From: Thermoplasmata archaeon | GTDB taxonomy: Archaea; Thermoplasmatota; Thermoplasmata; Sysuiplasmatales; Sysuiplasmataceae | NCBI GenBank assembly: GCA_021811925.1 | Contig: JAKAPY010000001.1 | Coordinates: 1-50,954, forward strand | Reading direction: 5' to 3' | DNA length: 50,954 bases | Shown: positions 1 through 8,323 of the stretch, piece by piece | How positions within the stretch are numbered: the stretch's first letter is position 1 | Layout of the letters: each line of letters begins with the position of its first letter | The notes under the pieces: model-generated | Database searches by the model: none | What the model was told of the DNA's origin: nothing | The model's input: the letters and a program-made list of their open reading frames with translations, nothing else | Position numbers and translations under genes: made by a program

Positions 1-508
1 TCCGATCTATCGAGTCGAAGCATCTGTTGGGCGCCTTGTACTTGTCGGGCTGGACGATACTGTTGTCCTGGGTCAGCACGAAGTACCTGTCCTCACCCTT
101 CTTCTTTCCTTCCTGTCCCTCAACAACAATCTGTCTTGAGAGTTCAGAGAGGGGGTGACCCTTGCACGTAATTGTAAAAGACTTGTACCATCCGAAGGGG
201 GAACGCTTTGTGTTGAACTCCTTCGATGCAAGCTCGCCCAGCTGCTTCAGTATGCTTATTGCCTCACCAGGGGGAGCGAGTGAAGACGAAAGATGGGCAT
301 ATGGGTAGATCATCACGTTCTCCGCCTTCACGGTTGTTGCGACCTCCCTGATGTTGTCCATGGCCTTTTCAACGAGCTGCAATCCCTTTGAGGCGTCTCC
401 CTTCTCTACAGTGGTGAAGCAAACGAGAACCTCGTCCATGGATCCCGCCCTGTCGCTGTCCTCTATTTCCTCTGCAACCTTCGTCCTTGACTTGATTTCG
501 TAGCTCAT
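1..508 (-). CDS. thrS: Threonyl-tRNA synthetase, N-terminal part (archaeal editing domain); gene runs off the left edge of the window
   Basis: The minus-strand frame is open from ATG at 508-506 to position 2. The translation begins MSYEIKSRTKVAEEIEDSDRAGSMDEVLVCFTTVEKGD and continues ENVMIYPYAHLSSSLAPPGEAISILKQLG, then FGWYKSFTITCKGHPLSE. This resembles the N-terminal D-aminoacyl-tRNA-deacylase-like editing domain of archaeal ThrRS. It is absent from the ORF track because there is no in-window stop. Confidence 0.72.
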   Translation of the reverse strand, partial: MSYEIKSRTKVAEEIEDSDRAGSMDEVLVCFTTVEKGDASKGLQLVEKAMDNIREVATTVKAENVMIYPYAHLSSSLAPPGEAISILKQLGELASKEFNTKRSPFGWYKSFTITCKGHPLSELSRQIVVEGQEGKKKGEDRYFVLTQDNSIVQPDKYKAPNRCFDSIDR

Positions 509-658
509 CCTGTCCGCATGAATGAATAGAAGCCTCAATTCGCAGCACCCGCCTGAGGTTAGGCAACATCATTTTAAATCCTTTTGCGGGAAGAAGGGCT
601 TCCGGCGACCGGCGGCATGTTTGATTAGCAGGATATGCAATCATCCACCGGCTTGTGA

Positions 659-1591
659 ATGACAGCATCCATAAGATTCTCCGTACTCGCAATGCCTGAT
701 ATCTTCCTCGACCATTCGCTGCAGGCGGGTGAGCCTGACAAGTTCGTGCAGTCCCTGCGCAGGACTGCTCACAGGGGGACAAGAATGCACGCGACCCAGT
801 GGCTGAATCTCGGTGGCAATGCGTACAACTTCGGACTTCACATGGCCAGGCTTGGATGTTCAGTTACCATGTTGTCCGCAACAAGTACGACTGTTCTCGA
901 GATGGTGAAAAGGGAGACCCGTGGGCTGCATTTTTCCACCGACTTCGTGGAGACGGATAACGACCCCTCGCTGACCGTCGCTCTGGAGTTCCGGGACAGC
1001 AGCGGCAGCCGGGCTCTGAACATCAATCATCCTGGCTCACTGAATGAATTTGGGCCGGGCCGTTTTCCAAGAAAGCTGGAACGGGGGAAGTATGACCTCG
1101 TTTCCGTATTCAACTTCACAAACAACATGCTTGGGGCGCAGCTTGCCTCGCATGTGTTCTCGAGAATGAAGGGGTTGAAGCTTATGGACCTTCCAGATGC
1201 GGCCTCAGGATTCAGTGACTGGGAAGGGTTGAAGTCGGCAATCGAACTCTGTGATGTAATCAGTGCGACCCCTGAGGAGGTCGTCGGCGCCGCGAAGCTT
1301 CTCAAACTGAGCGGAATCAGCGGAATCAGAAGCGCTGCCATTGCTCTTTCGTCCATGGGGCCGAGAATAGGCATCCATTCCGCCTCACGCTCAATCGAAG
1401 TGTGCGATGGCAAAGCGGTCGTGCACCGTTCTAAACCCATACCCCTGCCTTCCACGACAGGCGCAGGCGACTGCTGGACAGCCGCTTTCGCGCTCTCTCT
1501 CCTTCGGGGGGAAAGTCCTTCGGCGCGTCTTGAGTTCTCAAGCAGATATGCTACCGAAATGCTTCTGAAGCGGCCCCCGGCTCCTGAATAA
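659..1591 (+). CDS. PfkB/ribokinase-family carbohydrate or nucleoside kinase
   Basis: 310-aa ORF. It has the C-terminal PfkB signature TTGAGDCWTAAFALSLL, an early DIFLDH segment and an LGGNAYN glycine motif. Substrate cannot be assigned from sequence alone. Confidence 0.75.
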   Translation: MTASIRFSVLAMPDIFLDHSLQAGEPDKFVQSLRRTAHRGTRMHATQWLNLGGNAYNFGLHMARLGCSVTMLSATSTTVLEMVKRETRGLHFSTDFVETDNDPSLTVALEFRDSSGSRALNINHPGSLNEFGPGRFPRKLERGKYDLVSVFNFTNNMLGAQLASHVFSRMKGLKLMDLPDAASGFSDWEGLKSAIELCDVISATPEEVVGAAKLLKLSGISGIRSAAIALSSMGPRIGIHSASRSIEVCDGKAVVHRSKPIPLPSTTGAGDCWTAAFALSLLRGESPSARLEFSSRYATEMLLKRPPAPE

Positions 1592-1617
1592 TGGGGATTT
1601 ATTCGCAGGCCGGAATA

Positions 1618-2565
1618 TCAGAGCTCTGCCCCTAGGTGAAGCGTGTTGGTAATGTCCTTGAACCTGTTTCTGAGGGTGACTTCAGTGACGCCGGATATGT
1701 TTGCAATCTCCTCCTGCGTCCGCTTCTTCCCGTTGAGTATTGCTGCGATATAGATTGCTGCTGCAGCTATGCCCGTCGGTCCCTTCCCGACAGTTGAGGA
1801 GTGCTCTTCAACCTCCTTCAGTATGTCCAGAGCCTTCGCCTCGACCTCTGTTCCGAGGTTTAGCTCGCTGCAGAACCTGGATATGTAATTCTGTGGGGTA
1901 GTCGGGAGAAGAGACAACCTGAGTTCCCTTACCAGGGTCCTGTAGTTTCTGCCTATCTCCTTCCTTCCAACCCTGCTGGCCCTTGCAACCTCTTCTATGG
2001 CTCTCGGGAAATTGAGCTGTCTTGAAGCGGCGTATATTGAGGCGGCCACGACCCCTTCTATGCTCCTTCCCCTTATCAGGTCCTTTGCTGCGGCCTTTCT
2101 GTAGATGACCGCCGCCTCTTCCCTGACGTTCTTCGGAAGGGCCATGTTTGAACTTGTCCTCTCTATCGAAGCAAGAGCGACCATCAGATTCCTCTCTATC
2201 GCGTTGGCAGCCCTCAGCCTCTTCTGCCACTTCCTCATCCTGTATAGCTGCGGCTTGTTCCTGGCGGGCACGCTCTTTCCGTAGATATCAACATTCTTCC
2301 ATGAAATCTCGGTGGACAGTCCCTTGTCATGAACGGTGTATGTTGCGGGGGCGCCGGTCCTGGCCCTCCTTTCATTCTGCTCCGCATCAAACCCTCTCCA
2401 CTCCTGTCCAGGGTCAATGAGGTTCTCGCTTACAACCAGCCCGCAGTCTGCACATACCAGTTCTCCCCTCTCGTAGTCTTCCTGGAGGTGAGAGCTGTTG
2501 CATTCCGGACAGTACTCAATGTCATCTACCTCCACCTTCTCTCTTGTTTTGCTAAGTGTAACCAC
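1618..2565 (-). CDS. tfb: Transcription initiation factor IIB (TFB)
   Basis: It has an N-terminal zinc ribbon (CPECNSSHLQEDYERGELVCADCG) followed by two cyclin-like repeats with typical TFB length and layout. The track ORF extends to 2691, but that start is TTG and there is no ATG upstream. GTG at 2565 is preceded by a GGAAGTGAG purine-rich stretch and gives a typical 315-aa TFB. The start remains uncertain (2565 to 2691). Confidence 0.85.
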   Translation of the reverse strand: MVTLSKTREKVEVDDIEYCPECNSSHLQEDYERGELVCADCGLVVSENLIDPGQEWRGFDAEQNERRARTGAPATYTVHDKGLSTEISWKNVDIYGKSVPARNKPQLYRMRKWQKRLRAANAIERNLMVALASIERTSSNMALPKNVREEAAVIYRKAAAKDLIRGRSIEGVVAASIYAASRQLNFPRAIEEVARASRVGRKEIGRNYRTLVRELRLSLLPTTPQNYISRFCSELNLGTEVEAKALDILKEVEEHSSTVGKGPTGIAAAAIYIAAILNGKKRTQEEIANISGVTEVTLRNRFKDITNTLHLGAEL

Positions 2566-2777
2566 TTTCTCACTTCCGTGAGGCAGTGTACGGTGGCTGC
2601 TTGATCTATGCTTATATGCATGAATCACCGCGGGGCAAGCGTTGTCCTCTACCTGCAATCGGGGTGCTCCCCGCAGAATATGCTTCTGCAACGGACAACC
2701 GCCATATGCTGTCTTTGTCGCGGTTTTGATTGTTTTTTGGTATATTTAATATTTTTGTCATATAACAATACTTTAAG

Positions 2778-2785
2778 TTTATAAA
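2778..2785. promoter_or_regulatory. Palindromic TATA-like box (TTTATAAA) in an AT-rich divergent intergenic region
   Basis: TTTATAAA is its own reverse complement. It sits inside a roughly 110 bp strongly AT-rich block (about 2720-2828) between divergent tfb (minus) and the 2',5' RNA ligase gene (plus). This is consistent with archaeal TATA-box promoters firing in one or both directions. Confidence 0.4.
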
Positions 2786-2944
2786 TTTTACTTTTATCGC
2801 ACTTTTTTGTTGTTTATCGATTAATTCGTGGCAGTAAGGCGCATGCGACATACACTCATACTGGCAAAAGGTGGCACAGGCGGTTTTACCGTTCCGCGCT
2901 GTGCCACCGCCTTGTTAATACTTCTGTGCGGCATATTCATCTGG

Positions 2945-3496
2945 ATGAGGGAGTTCATAGCGTTTGAAGTTGAATATCCTGCTGCGCTCGATGAAATCCT
3001 GAAGTCGGAAGCCTTTTCGGACAGGTGTGCAAAGCCAGCGGGCAGGGATGACATGCACCTGACTCTGAATTTCCTTGGAGAAGTTGACCCGTCAGTCAAC
3101 CAGGCCATTGCGGGTGCGATGGACGACATATGCCGGGTAGTTTCACGATACAGGGTGGAGTACAGGGGCATTGGCGCATTTCCTTCCAGGAACAGGCCGT
3201 CAGTAATATGGGTGGGGGTAACTGACAGCGGCGAGACGTCGAAAATCAACGCACTTCTTTCAGAAAGGCTTTCAATTCTCGGTTTCCCCGCTGAAGCCAG
3301 ACCCTTCCATCCACATATAACACTTGCAAGGGTGAAATGCAGGTTGGGGGAGGGGAAGCTGGAAAGACTGTTCAGGGACTGGGAAGAAAAAAGCTTCGGA
3401 TTTCAGGAAATCCGCGAGGTCTTCCTGAAGAAGAGCGAACTCACTCCCCAGGGAGCCGTTCATACCTCTCTTCACGTGTCAAGGCTCAGAACCTAG
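2945..3496 (+). CDS. 2',5' RNA ligase / 2H phosphoesterase family protein (LigT/ThpR-like)
   Basis: Two H-x-T/S-x motifs typical of the 2H superfamily are present: HLTLNFLG and HPHITLARV. The track ORF starts at 2828. I trimmed it to ATG 2945 (MREFIAFEV...), which gives the typical length of about 183 aa. Confidence 0.8.
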   Translation: MREFIAFEVEYPAALDEILKSEAFSDRCAKPAGRDDMHLTLNFLGEVDPSVNQAIAGAMDDICRVVSRYRVEYRGIGAFPSRNRPSVIWVGVTDSGETSKINALLSERLSILGFPAEARPFHPHITLARVKCRLGEGKLERLFRDWEEKSFGFQEIREVFLKKSELTPQGAVHTSLHVSRLRT

Positions 3497-3861
3497 ACCC
3501 TCTGCGGATTCCCATCGTCCCATTCCAAGTTGTTCTTGATCCCTTTCTTCTGAAGCATTTTGCTGATTTTCTCAGTTATCCTGACGACTTCCGTGCTGGA
3601 AGAGTTGCCTGCCAGGAACATCTCCTTCCGGCCGATGGGGAATATGAGTCTCATCCTTCCCCTTCTGTTGTACCCCTCCGGCTTCCTGTTCGATCTGATG
3701 TCCCTCATGTTCAGTTCTATGAACATGTCCAGTATCTCCTTCTCCTCAGGCATCTGGTCTGTTTCCTGGAGAAAAGAGGTTATAAGTTCCGGAAAGACTT
3801 CTTTCAGTGCCCTGTACCTGAAGCCAGTCGTAAATACAATGTGGCCTACCTCAGCCTTCAC
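3493..3861 (-). CDS. Hypothetical protein (122 aa)
   Basis: This ORF has a globular-looking K/E-rich composition (MKAEVGHIVFTTGFRYRALKEVFPELITSFLQE...). I preferred it over the overlapping plus-strand ORF 3337..3906, whose translation is R/P/S/L-rich and looks like antisense. No family was recognised. Confidence 0.5.
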   Translation of the reverse strand: MKAEVGHIVFTTGFRYRALKEVFPELITSFLQETDQMPEEKEILDMFIELNMRDIRSNRKPEGYNRRGRMRLIFPIGRKEMFLAGNSSSTEVVRITEKISKMLQKKGIKNNLEWDDGNPQRV

Positions 3862-4031
3862 GATTTGAGTGATTCATCCGTTCGATTTAATATCTTCGTT
3901 GCTTGACTTGCACCACTGGCCCCAATCTCGAGGCCATTGCATTTCTCCCGACACCGCATTTGTTTTCACATGCCAGGTCGCCGGCAAGCAGGTTCTACCC
4001 TCCGGGTGCAGATACGGCGAAGATCGTGGCT

Positions 4032-4329
4032 GTGGCAACGTGATAGAATTTAACAGGCAGTTCGCCCTTTCTTTATTACTGCTACAACGACAGTTTAAAA
4101 TACGCCTGCCCAAATCTTCTCGCCTGCGGGTTGCTCTATGAGTGGCAACATGCCCTTATTGTGTGTGGTACCGGCGGAAAGCCGTTCTCCGGATGGGAGA
4201 TTTCGGCAACTGTCGAATTGTTCGGAGGAGTACACGAATGCAACTTGGGCACGAATAACCGTTGCACAATCCCATGGGAATTCCACTGGGCCTGTCACCG
4301 GATACTGTGCTCCAGCTGTGCGTGGCAAC
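4032..4329 (+). repeat. Cluster of short direct repeats (GTGGCAAC x3 plus one CGGCAAC) in a non-coding island
   Basis: Exact GTGGCAAC occurs at 4032-4039, 4142-4149 and 4322-4329, and CGGCAAC at 4204-4210. A further inverted copy (GTTGCCAC) lies at 4731-4738 inside the downstream GT gene. The imperfect palindrome CCCAtgGGAATTCCacTGGG lies at 4271-4290. Confidence 0.55.
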
Positions 4330-4391
4330 AGCAGACAGGCAGTTTCAAGATTACACGACCATACCTGACATGACCACAATGATGTGATGAA

Positions 4392-5552
4392 ATGAAGATC
4401 GCAATGTTCACCGACTCATACTATCCCGCCGTGGATGGTGTTGTCACTTCCCTCTCAACTGTTTCGAGGGAGCTGGAGCGTATTGGTCATGAAGTCTTCA
4501 TATTCGCCCCCGAACCACCCAATGGTGAGAAGGTCCAGGACATCACAAAGGGCGGAACATTCTACTTCAGGTCATTCAGGTTCAAGCATTACCCGCAGTA
4601 CAGGAGCGCATTCCTGCCGTCAAACAAGAACAGGATCCTCAGAAAACTCGGCGTGGACCTGATTCACACCCACGGCATGACTTTCATGGGCGTTAAGGGG
4701 CTTTCGGCAGGAAGGCACTTCGGCGTGCCCGTTGCCACAACCTATCATACGATGATGCATGAGGCCGCCAATATCTACAATCCGCTTCCCCTGCCGCGGA
4801 GCACAATGGTAAGCCTCACCGTACGATACGTGCGCCTTTTCCTCAACAGGCTGGACGCAGTCGTCGTCCCGACCAGGCCTATACTTGAGGAGCTTGTCAG
4901 GATGGCACCAAGGATGCCATACACCGCCGTCATACCCACCGGCGTGGATACTAACAGGTTCAGGCCCGGCAATGTCAACTCCCCCATCAGGGAGCAGTAC
5001 GGAATTGACGATTCTCCGCTCATCCTGTATGTCGGCAGGGTGGCATTCGAGAAGAACATCGATTCGATACTGAGGAATCTGCACAGGGTATCAGACAGTT
5101 CAGCGAAATTGATGATTGTCGGGGAGGGTCCTGCAAGGAGGCACATCGAACAGCTCGTCCACTCTCTGGGGCTTCAGGACAGGGTAATCTTCACAGGATT
5201 TATTCCGGACAGCCAGCTTGTGGACTACTACTCCGCCTCCGATGTCTTCATCAGCGCCTCGAAATTCGAGACACAGGGGCTTTCCATGCTTGAGGCGATG
5301 TCCTGCGGAAAGCCTGTGGTGAGCATTAACTACAGGGCTGTCACCGATTACATCGTCGACGGTGAGAACGGCTTCCTCTACAACGAGTTTGCCGACAACA
5401 TGGCGGAGACCATCGACAGGGCTCTCTCTTCGGACGCAAGCATAAGGAAGAATGCACGCAGGACCGCCGAGCGCTACTCGAAGGAGCGGACCTCGCGCTC
5501 CCTGAGCGAGCTTTATTCGAAGATACTTGACATGTACATCAACGGGCAATGA
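4392..5552 (+). CDS. Glycosyltransferase, GT4 family (group 1)
   Basis: 386 aa. The N-terminus is typical (MKIAMFTDSYYPAVDGV). The C-terminal GT4 nucleotide-sugar motif is present (FISASKFETQGLSMLEAMSCGKPVVS). Confidence 0.85.
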   Translation: MKIAMFTDSYYPAVDGVVTSLSTVSRELERIGHEVFIFAPEPPNGEKVQDITKGGTFYFRSFRFKHYPQYRSAFLPSNKNRILRKLGVDLIHTHGMTFMGVKGLSAGRHFGVPVATTYHTMMHEAANIYNPLPLPRSTMVSLTVRYVRLFLNRLDAVVVPTRPILEELVRMAPRMPYTAVIPTGVDTNRFRPGNVNSPIREQYGIDDSPLILYVGRVAFEKNIDSILRNLHRVSDSSAKLMIVGEGPARRHIEQLVHSLGLQDRVIFTGFIPDSQLVDYYSASDVFISASKFETQGLSMLEAMSCGKPVVSINYRAVTDYIVDGENGFLYNEFADNMAETIDRALSSDASIRKNARRTAERYSKERTSRSLSELYSKILDMYINGQ

Positions 5553-5553
5553 T

Positions 5554-6153
5554 ATGCTTTCGATAGGCCAGTTTGTGTACGACTTTTTTCAGCCGCTTGG
5601 TGTCTACGGTCTGCTTGCCGCCCTCTTCCTGATTTTCTACTTCGACTCGACGCTTATACCCACTCTCCCCGAACTCTTCACGGTCATTATCTTCCTGGCC
5701 CATCCTGTCCCCATATTCGGGGTCATGATGATTGCGACACTGTGCGCAGCAGAGTTCTGCGGCGTGACCACCCTCTACCTTGTCGTCAGGAAATACACTC
5801 TGCCCCAGTGGATGCGGAGGAGGATTGTCGAATATTCCCGATTCCTTGTCGTAAGGGATGAGAAAATGATTCTGCTCAACAGGATAGCGCCCGTCATCCC
5901 CTTCCTGGGGGCCTTCATTGCCACATGTGAATGGCCGTACGGCAGGAGCGTCTTCTACAACTTCGTTGGAGGGGTTGCCAAATACAGCCTGATCGTGGTA
6001 ATGGCATCCTACTTCCTGTTACTCTTCTCCGACCAGTCGCTTGCCGAAGTGATAACAGTGGTCGCTGTGCTTGCACTTGTCGGCGTCAGCTATCTGCTCT
6101 CGGTTCGAAGGAAAAAGAAACTGGAACAGAGCTCTGCAGGTGGTAGCCAGTGA
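5554..6153 (+). CDS. VTT/DedA (SNARE-associated) family membrane protein, putative
   Basis: Multi-pass hydrophobic protein. The segment LNRIAPVIPFLGAFIATCEWPYGRSVFYNFVGGVAKY resembles the VTT-domain core. I trimmed the start to ATG 5554, which sits 1 nt after the upstream TGA (5550-5552). The track start was 5527. Confidence 0.6.
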   Translation: MLSIGQFVYDFFQPLGVYGLLAALFLIFYFDSTLIPTLPELFTVIIFLAHPVPIFGVMMIATLCAAEFCGVTTLYLVVRKYTLPQWMRRRIVEYSRFLVVRDEKMILLNRIAPVIPFLGAFIATCEWPYGRSVFYNFVGGVAKYSLIVVMASYFLLLFSDQSLAEVITVVAVLALVGVSYLLSVRRKKKLEQSSAGGSQ

Positions 6154-7211
6154 ACATACTGGAACTCAATCCCTTCTACCTTCCATATAACGGCGGGATT
6201 GAAAAGCGAATCGCAGCCCTATCCTCAAGACTTTCAGGGAGGCACAGGATCACTGTTGTGACTTCAAGACTCCCGGGGACCGAGGAGGAGGAGACTGTCA
6301 ACGGGGCGAAGGTCCTGAGGCTTCCAAGCAGGTTCTTTTCAAGCTACAATCCTCCATTTGTCACGAGCAGCGGAATAGAGGAGACAATAGAAGCAATCGG
6401 CCCCGACATTGTGGATTACCACTACCGGTGGTCGGGAAGCTATAACAGGGCATTCTTCCGCTCGAAGAGCAGGAAGGTGATGACATTCCACAACCTCTAC
6501 GGTGAAGGGACGGGTGTCCTGAGGCTGCTCAGCATACTCAACGACGCATCGTACGTGAGGAAACTGAAGCATGTGGATCATGTTCTGGCGGTTTCGGACT
6601 TTGTGAAAAAAGAGCTCGAGCAAAAAGGCCTGGAGCCGTCCATGCTCACCACATGCTACAACGGAATTGATATGCACAACTGCAGGACGTCGGATGAGCG
6701 ATTTGCACTTTTTATCGGAAGGCTGGTCCCGACAAAAGGAGTGGCTCAGCTTGCACGTGCCGCGCTGAAGGCAGGAGTGCCATTGAAGGTGGCCGGCAGC
6801 GGACCGATGCTCGACTGGCTCAAGAAGAAGGAGCGAAACGGGAGGCTGGAGGTGCTCGGCCCTGTCAACGAGGAGGAGAAAGAGAAGCTTCTGTCCACAT
6901 GCACGTTCATGGTCGTGCCGTCTCTTCACGAGGCATTTGGCCTTGTGGCGCTTGAAGCCATGGTCCATGGCAAACCTGTCATATCCTCGGATACAGGCGG
7001 GCTGCCGGAGGTCGTCGGAAAAGGGGGGACCATTGTCCCGGCACGGGACGTGGATGCTTTCGCCGCCTCAATGAAAACTTACTGGAATGACGAAAGCCTT
7101 GTTTCAGCCACTGGTGCCGTTGCAAGGAGCCAATCCGAGAAATTCTCATGGGACAGTTCAGTGAAAACAATCGAGTCGGTCTACAGCTCGGTCCTGGAAT
7201 CGGAAAGGTAG
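6150..7211 (+). CDS. Glycosyltransferase, GT4 family (group 1)
   Basis: 353 aa. The GT4 motif is present (VPSLHEAFGLVALEAMVHGKPVISSDTGGLPEVV). The GTG start overlaps the upstream stop (GTGA). Confidence 0.85.
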   Translation: MNILELNPFYLPYNGGIEKRIAALSSRLSGRHRITVVTSRLPGTEEEETVNGAKVLRLPSRFFSSYNPPFVTSSGIEETIEAIGPDIVDYHYRWSGSYNRAFFRSKSRKVMTFHNLYGEGTGVLRLLSILNDASYVRKLKHVDHVLAVSDFVKKELEQKGLEPSMLTTCYNGIDMHNCRTSDERFALFIGRLVPTKGVAQLARAALKAGVPLKVAGSGPMLDWLKKKERNGRLEVLGPVNEEEKEKLLSTCTFMVVPSLHEAFGLVALEAMVHGKPVISSDTGGLPEVVGKGGTIVPARDVDAFAASMKTYWNDESLVSATGAVARSQSEKFSWDSSVKTIESVYSSVLESER

Positions 7212-8158
7212 AGGGAATAGCCGGGTATCCCTGTCTTTGCCCCCGTTGAAGGGTTGCTGATGTATGTCACCTTGACTGTAAATACGAGAGTCCTGCCGGC
7301 AACCGGCTGATTGAAATTGAGCGTCGCAGTTCCGTTGGAGTTCAGGCCCCATATGACGAAGTGCGAACCGGACGGGGCTTTTCCGCCCACTGCCTTGGCC
7401 ATCGACGCTGCAATCTCGTTGTGCAGCTCAATGAAACCGGTCCCGTTGTCAGCGGCGCTGTTGAATGTAACGACTTTCACAGGGAATCCGCTCATGCCCG
7501 CGACCGTTGTCGAATTGAGAGTGTACGGGTATACTGTCATTCCTGCATTCGGCTGGTACTGGTATGTCGCGGTTCCATTCCCAGTACTGAGCACCTGCAG
7601 ATTCCAGCCCCAGAAGGGATCCCTCACTACAAGCCCCATCTGCGGAGCCACGCCAAAGTCCGACTGGAAAGTTGCAGACAGCACAGTGTGAACCATGCTC
7701 ACATTCTGGTAGAGTGGAATGTAACTCAGCAATGATGTGTTGAGAGGGCCGTATCCGTCTGCGGGTGACACTACAAGAGTCCTGGACTGGTTCACCGTCA
7801 TGCCTATGATCCCCAAATCAAACCCCTTCACCACCTGGCCGCTTCCGACGTTTGTTATCTGCAGCGCCTTGTAGCCAGCGGCACCCCTCCATGTGAAACC
7901 GGGAGCCTTCGGATAAGAGGCATTATTCTGGGCTATCGACAGCACGGATGTGTCGAAAATAAGATGGTTGTTGTACTGTCCTGTGTAGTTGACATACACC
8001 GAATCCCCCGACTGGACAGTAAGGGGCGGGGTCGCCCTTGATGCAGTGTAGTACCCGTAGGCCGAGTAGCTCACGAGGCCTGCACCCACGAGAAGAAGCA
8101 CCACTAAGACCGCTGTGGACATCGTGATTCTTGTCTTCTTCGCCCCTGCTTCCTGCAT
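7181..8158 (-). CDS. Membrane-anchored FKBP-type peptidyl-prolyl isomerase with a sequon-rich C-terminal domain
   Basis: An N-terminal TM/signal anchor is present (AVLVVLLLVGAGLVSYSAYGYY). The FKBP core follows (GDSVYVNYTGQYNNHLIFDTS ... VVKGFDLGIIGMTVNQSRTLVVSPADGYG). I counted nine N-x-S/T sequons by eye. It overlaps the convergent GT gene by 31 nt. Confidence 0.72.
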   Translation of the reverse strand: MQEAGAKKTRITMSTAVLVVLLLVGAGLVSYSAYGYYTASRATPPLTVQSGDSVYVNYTGQYNNHLIFDTSVLSIAQNNASYPKAPGFTWRGAAGYKALQITNVGSGQVVKGFDLGIIGMTVNQSRTLVVSPADGYGPLNTSLLSYIPLYQNVSMVHTVLSATFQSDFGVAPQMGLVVRDPFWGWNLQVLSTGNGTATYQYQPNAGMTVYPYTLNSTTVAGMSGFPVKVVTFNSAADNGTGFIELHNEIAASMAKAVGGKAPSGSHFVIWGLNSNGTATLNFNQPVAGRTLVFTVKVTYISNPSTGAKTGIPGYSLYLSDSRTEL

Positions 8159-8323
8159 TGCAAACGGCTAAAATCATCCTGCTAATAAAGCTTCTTGACA
8201 ATGTCTGCTCGTGAATGGCTTCGAACGGCTGGCAGAACATGCACTTTTCAGGGCACGTGCCCCATCTTTTATTATATGGACGGCATCTAAACAACGAAGT
8301 GAGTGTCCTTGACAAACGGTCAC

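Noticed and set aside
369-841. Minus-strand ORFs 369-782 and 641-841 from the track.
   Set aside because: They overlap the ThrRS N-terminus and the PfkB kinase in other frames. Their translations are R/G/C-rich nonsense.
2612-2851. 79-aa minus-strand ORF spanning the AT-rich spacer upstream of tfb.
   Set aside because: It lies mostly in the AT-rich promoter block with K/N/I-rich composition forced by base content. It also overlaps the tfb 5' region in another frame.
3337-3906. 189-aa plus-strand ORF overlapping the end of the 2',5' RNA ligase gene and the whole minus-strand ORF 3493-3861.
   Set aside because: Its composition (R/P/L/S/H-rich) is not protein-like, and it overlaps a well-supported gene end. 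The minus-strand ORF has a more credible composition, although neither has a recognised family.
3862-4391. Possible SRP (7S) RNA or RNase P RNA in the non-coding island.
   Set aside because: CCAGGUCGCCGGCAAGCAGG superficially resembles the SRP helix-8 region, but it cannot form the required GNAR-capped hairpin. GGAAAGCC and GAACGGCUUU resemble RNase P P4 strands, but they are on opposite strands and no complementary partner strand is present. I cannot support either RNA call.
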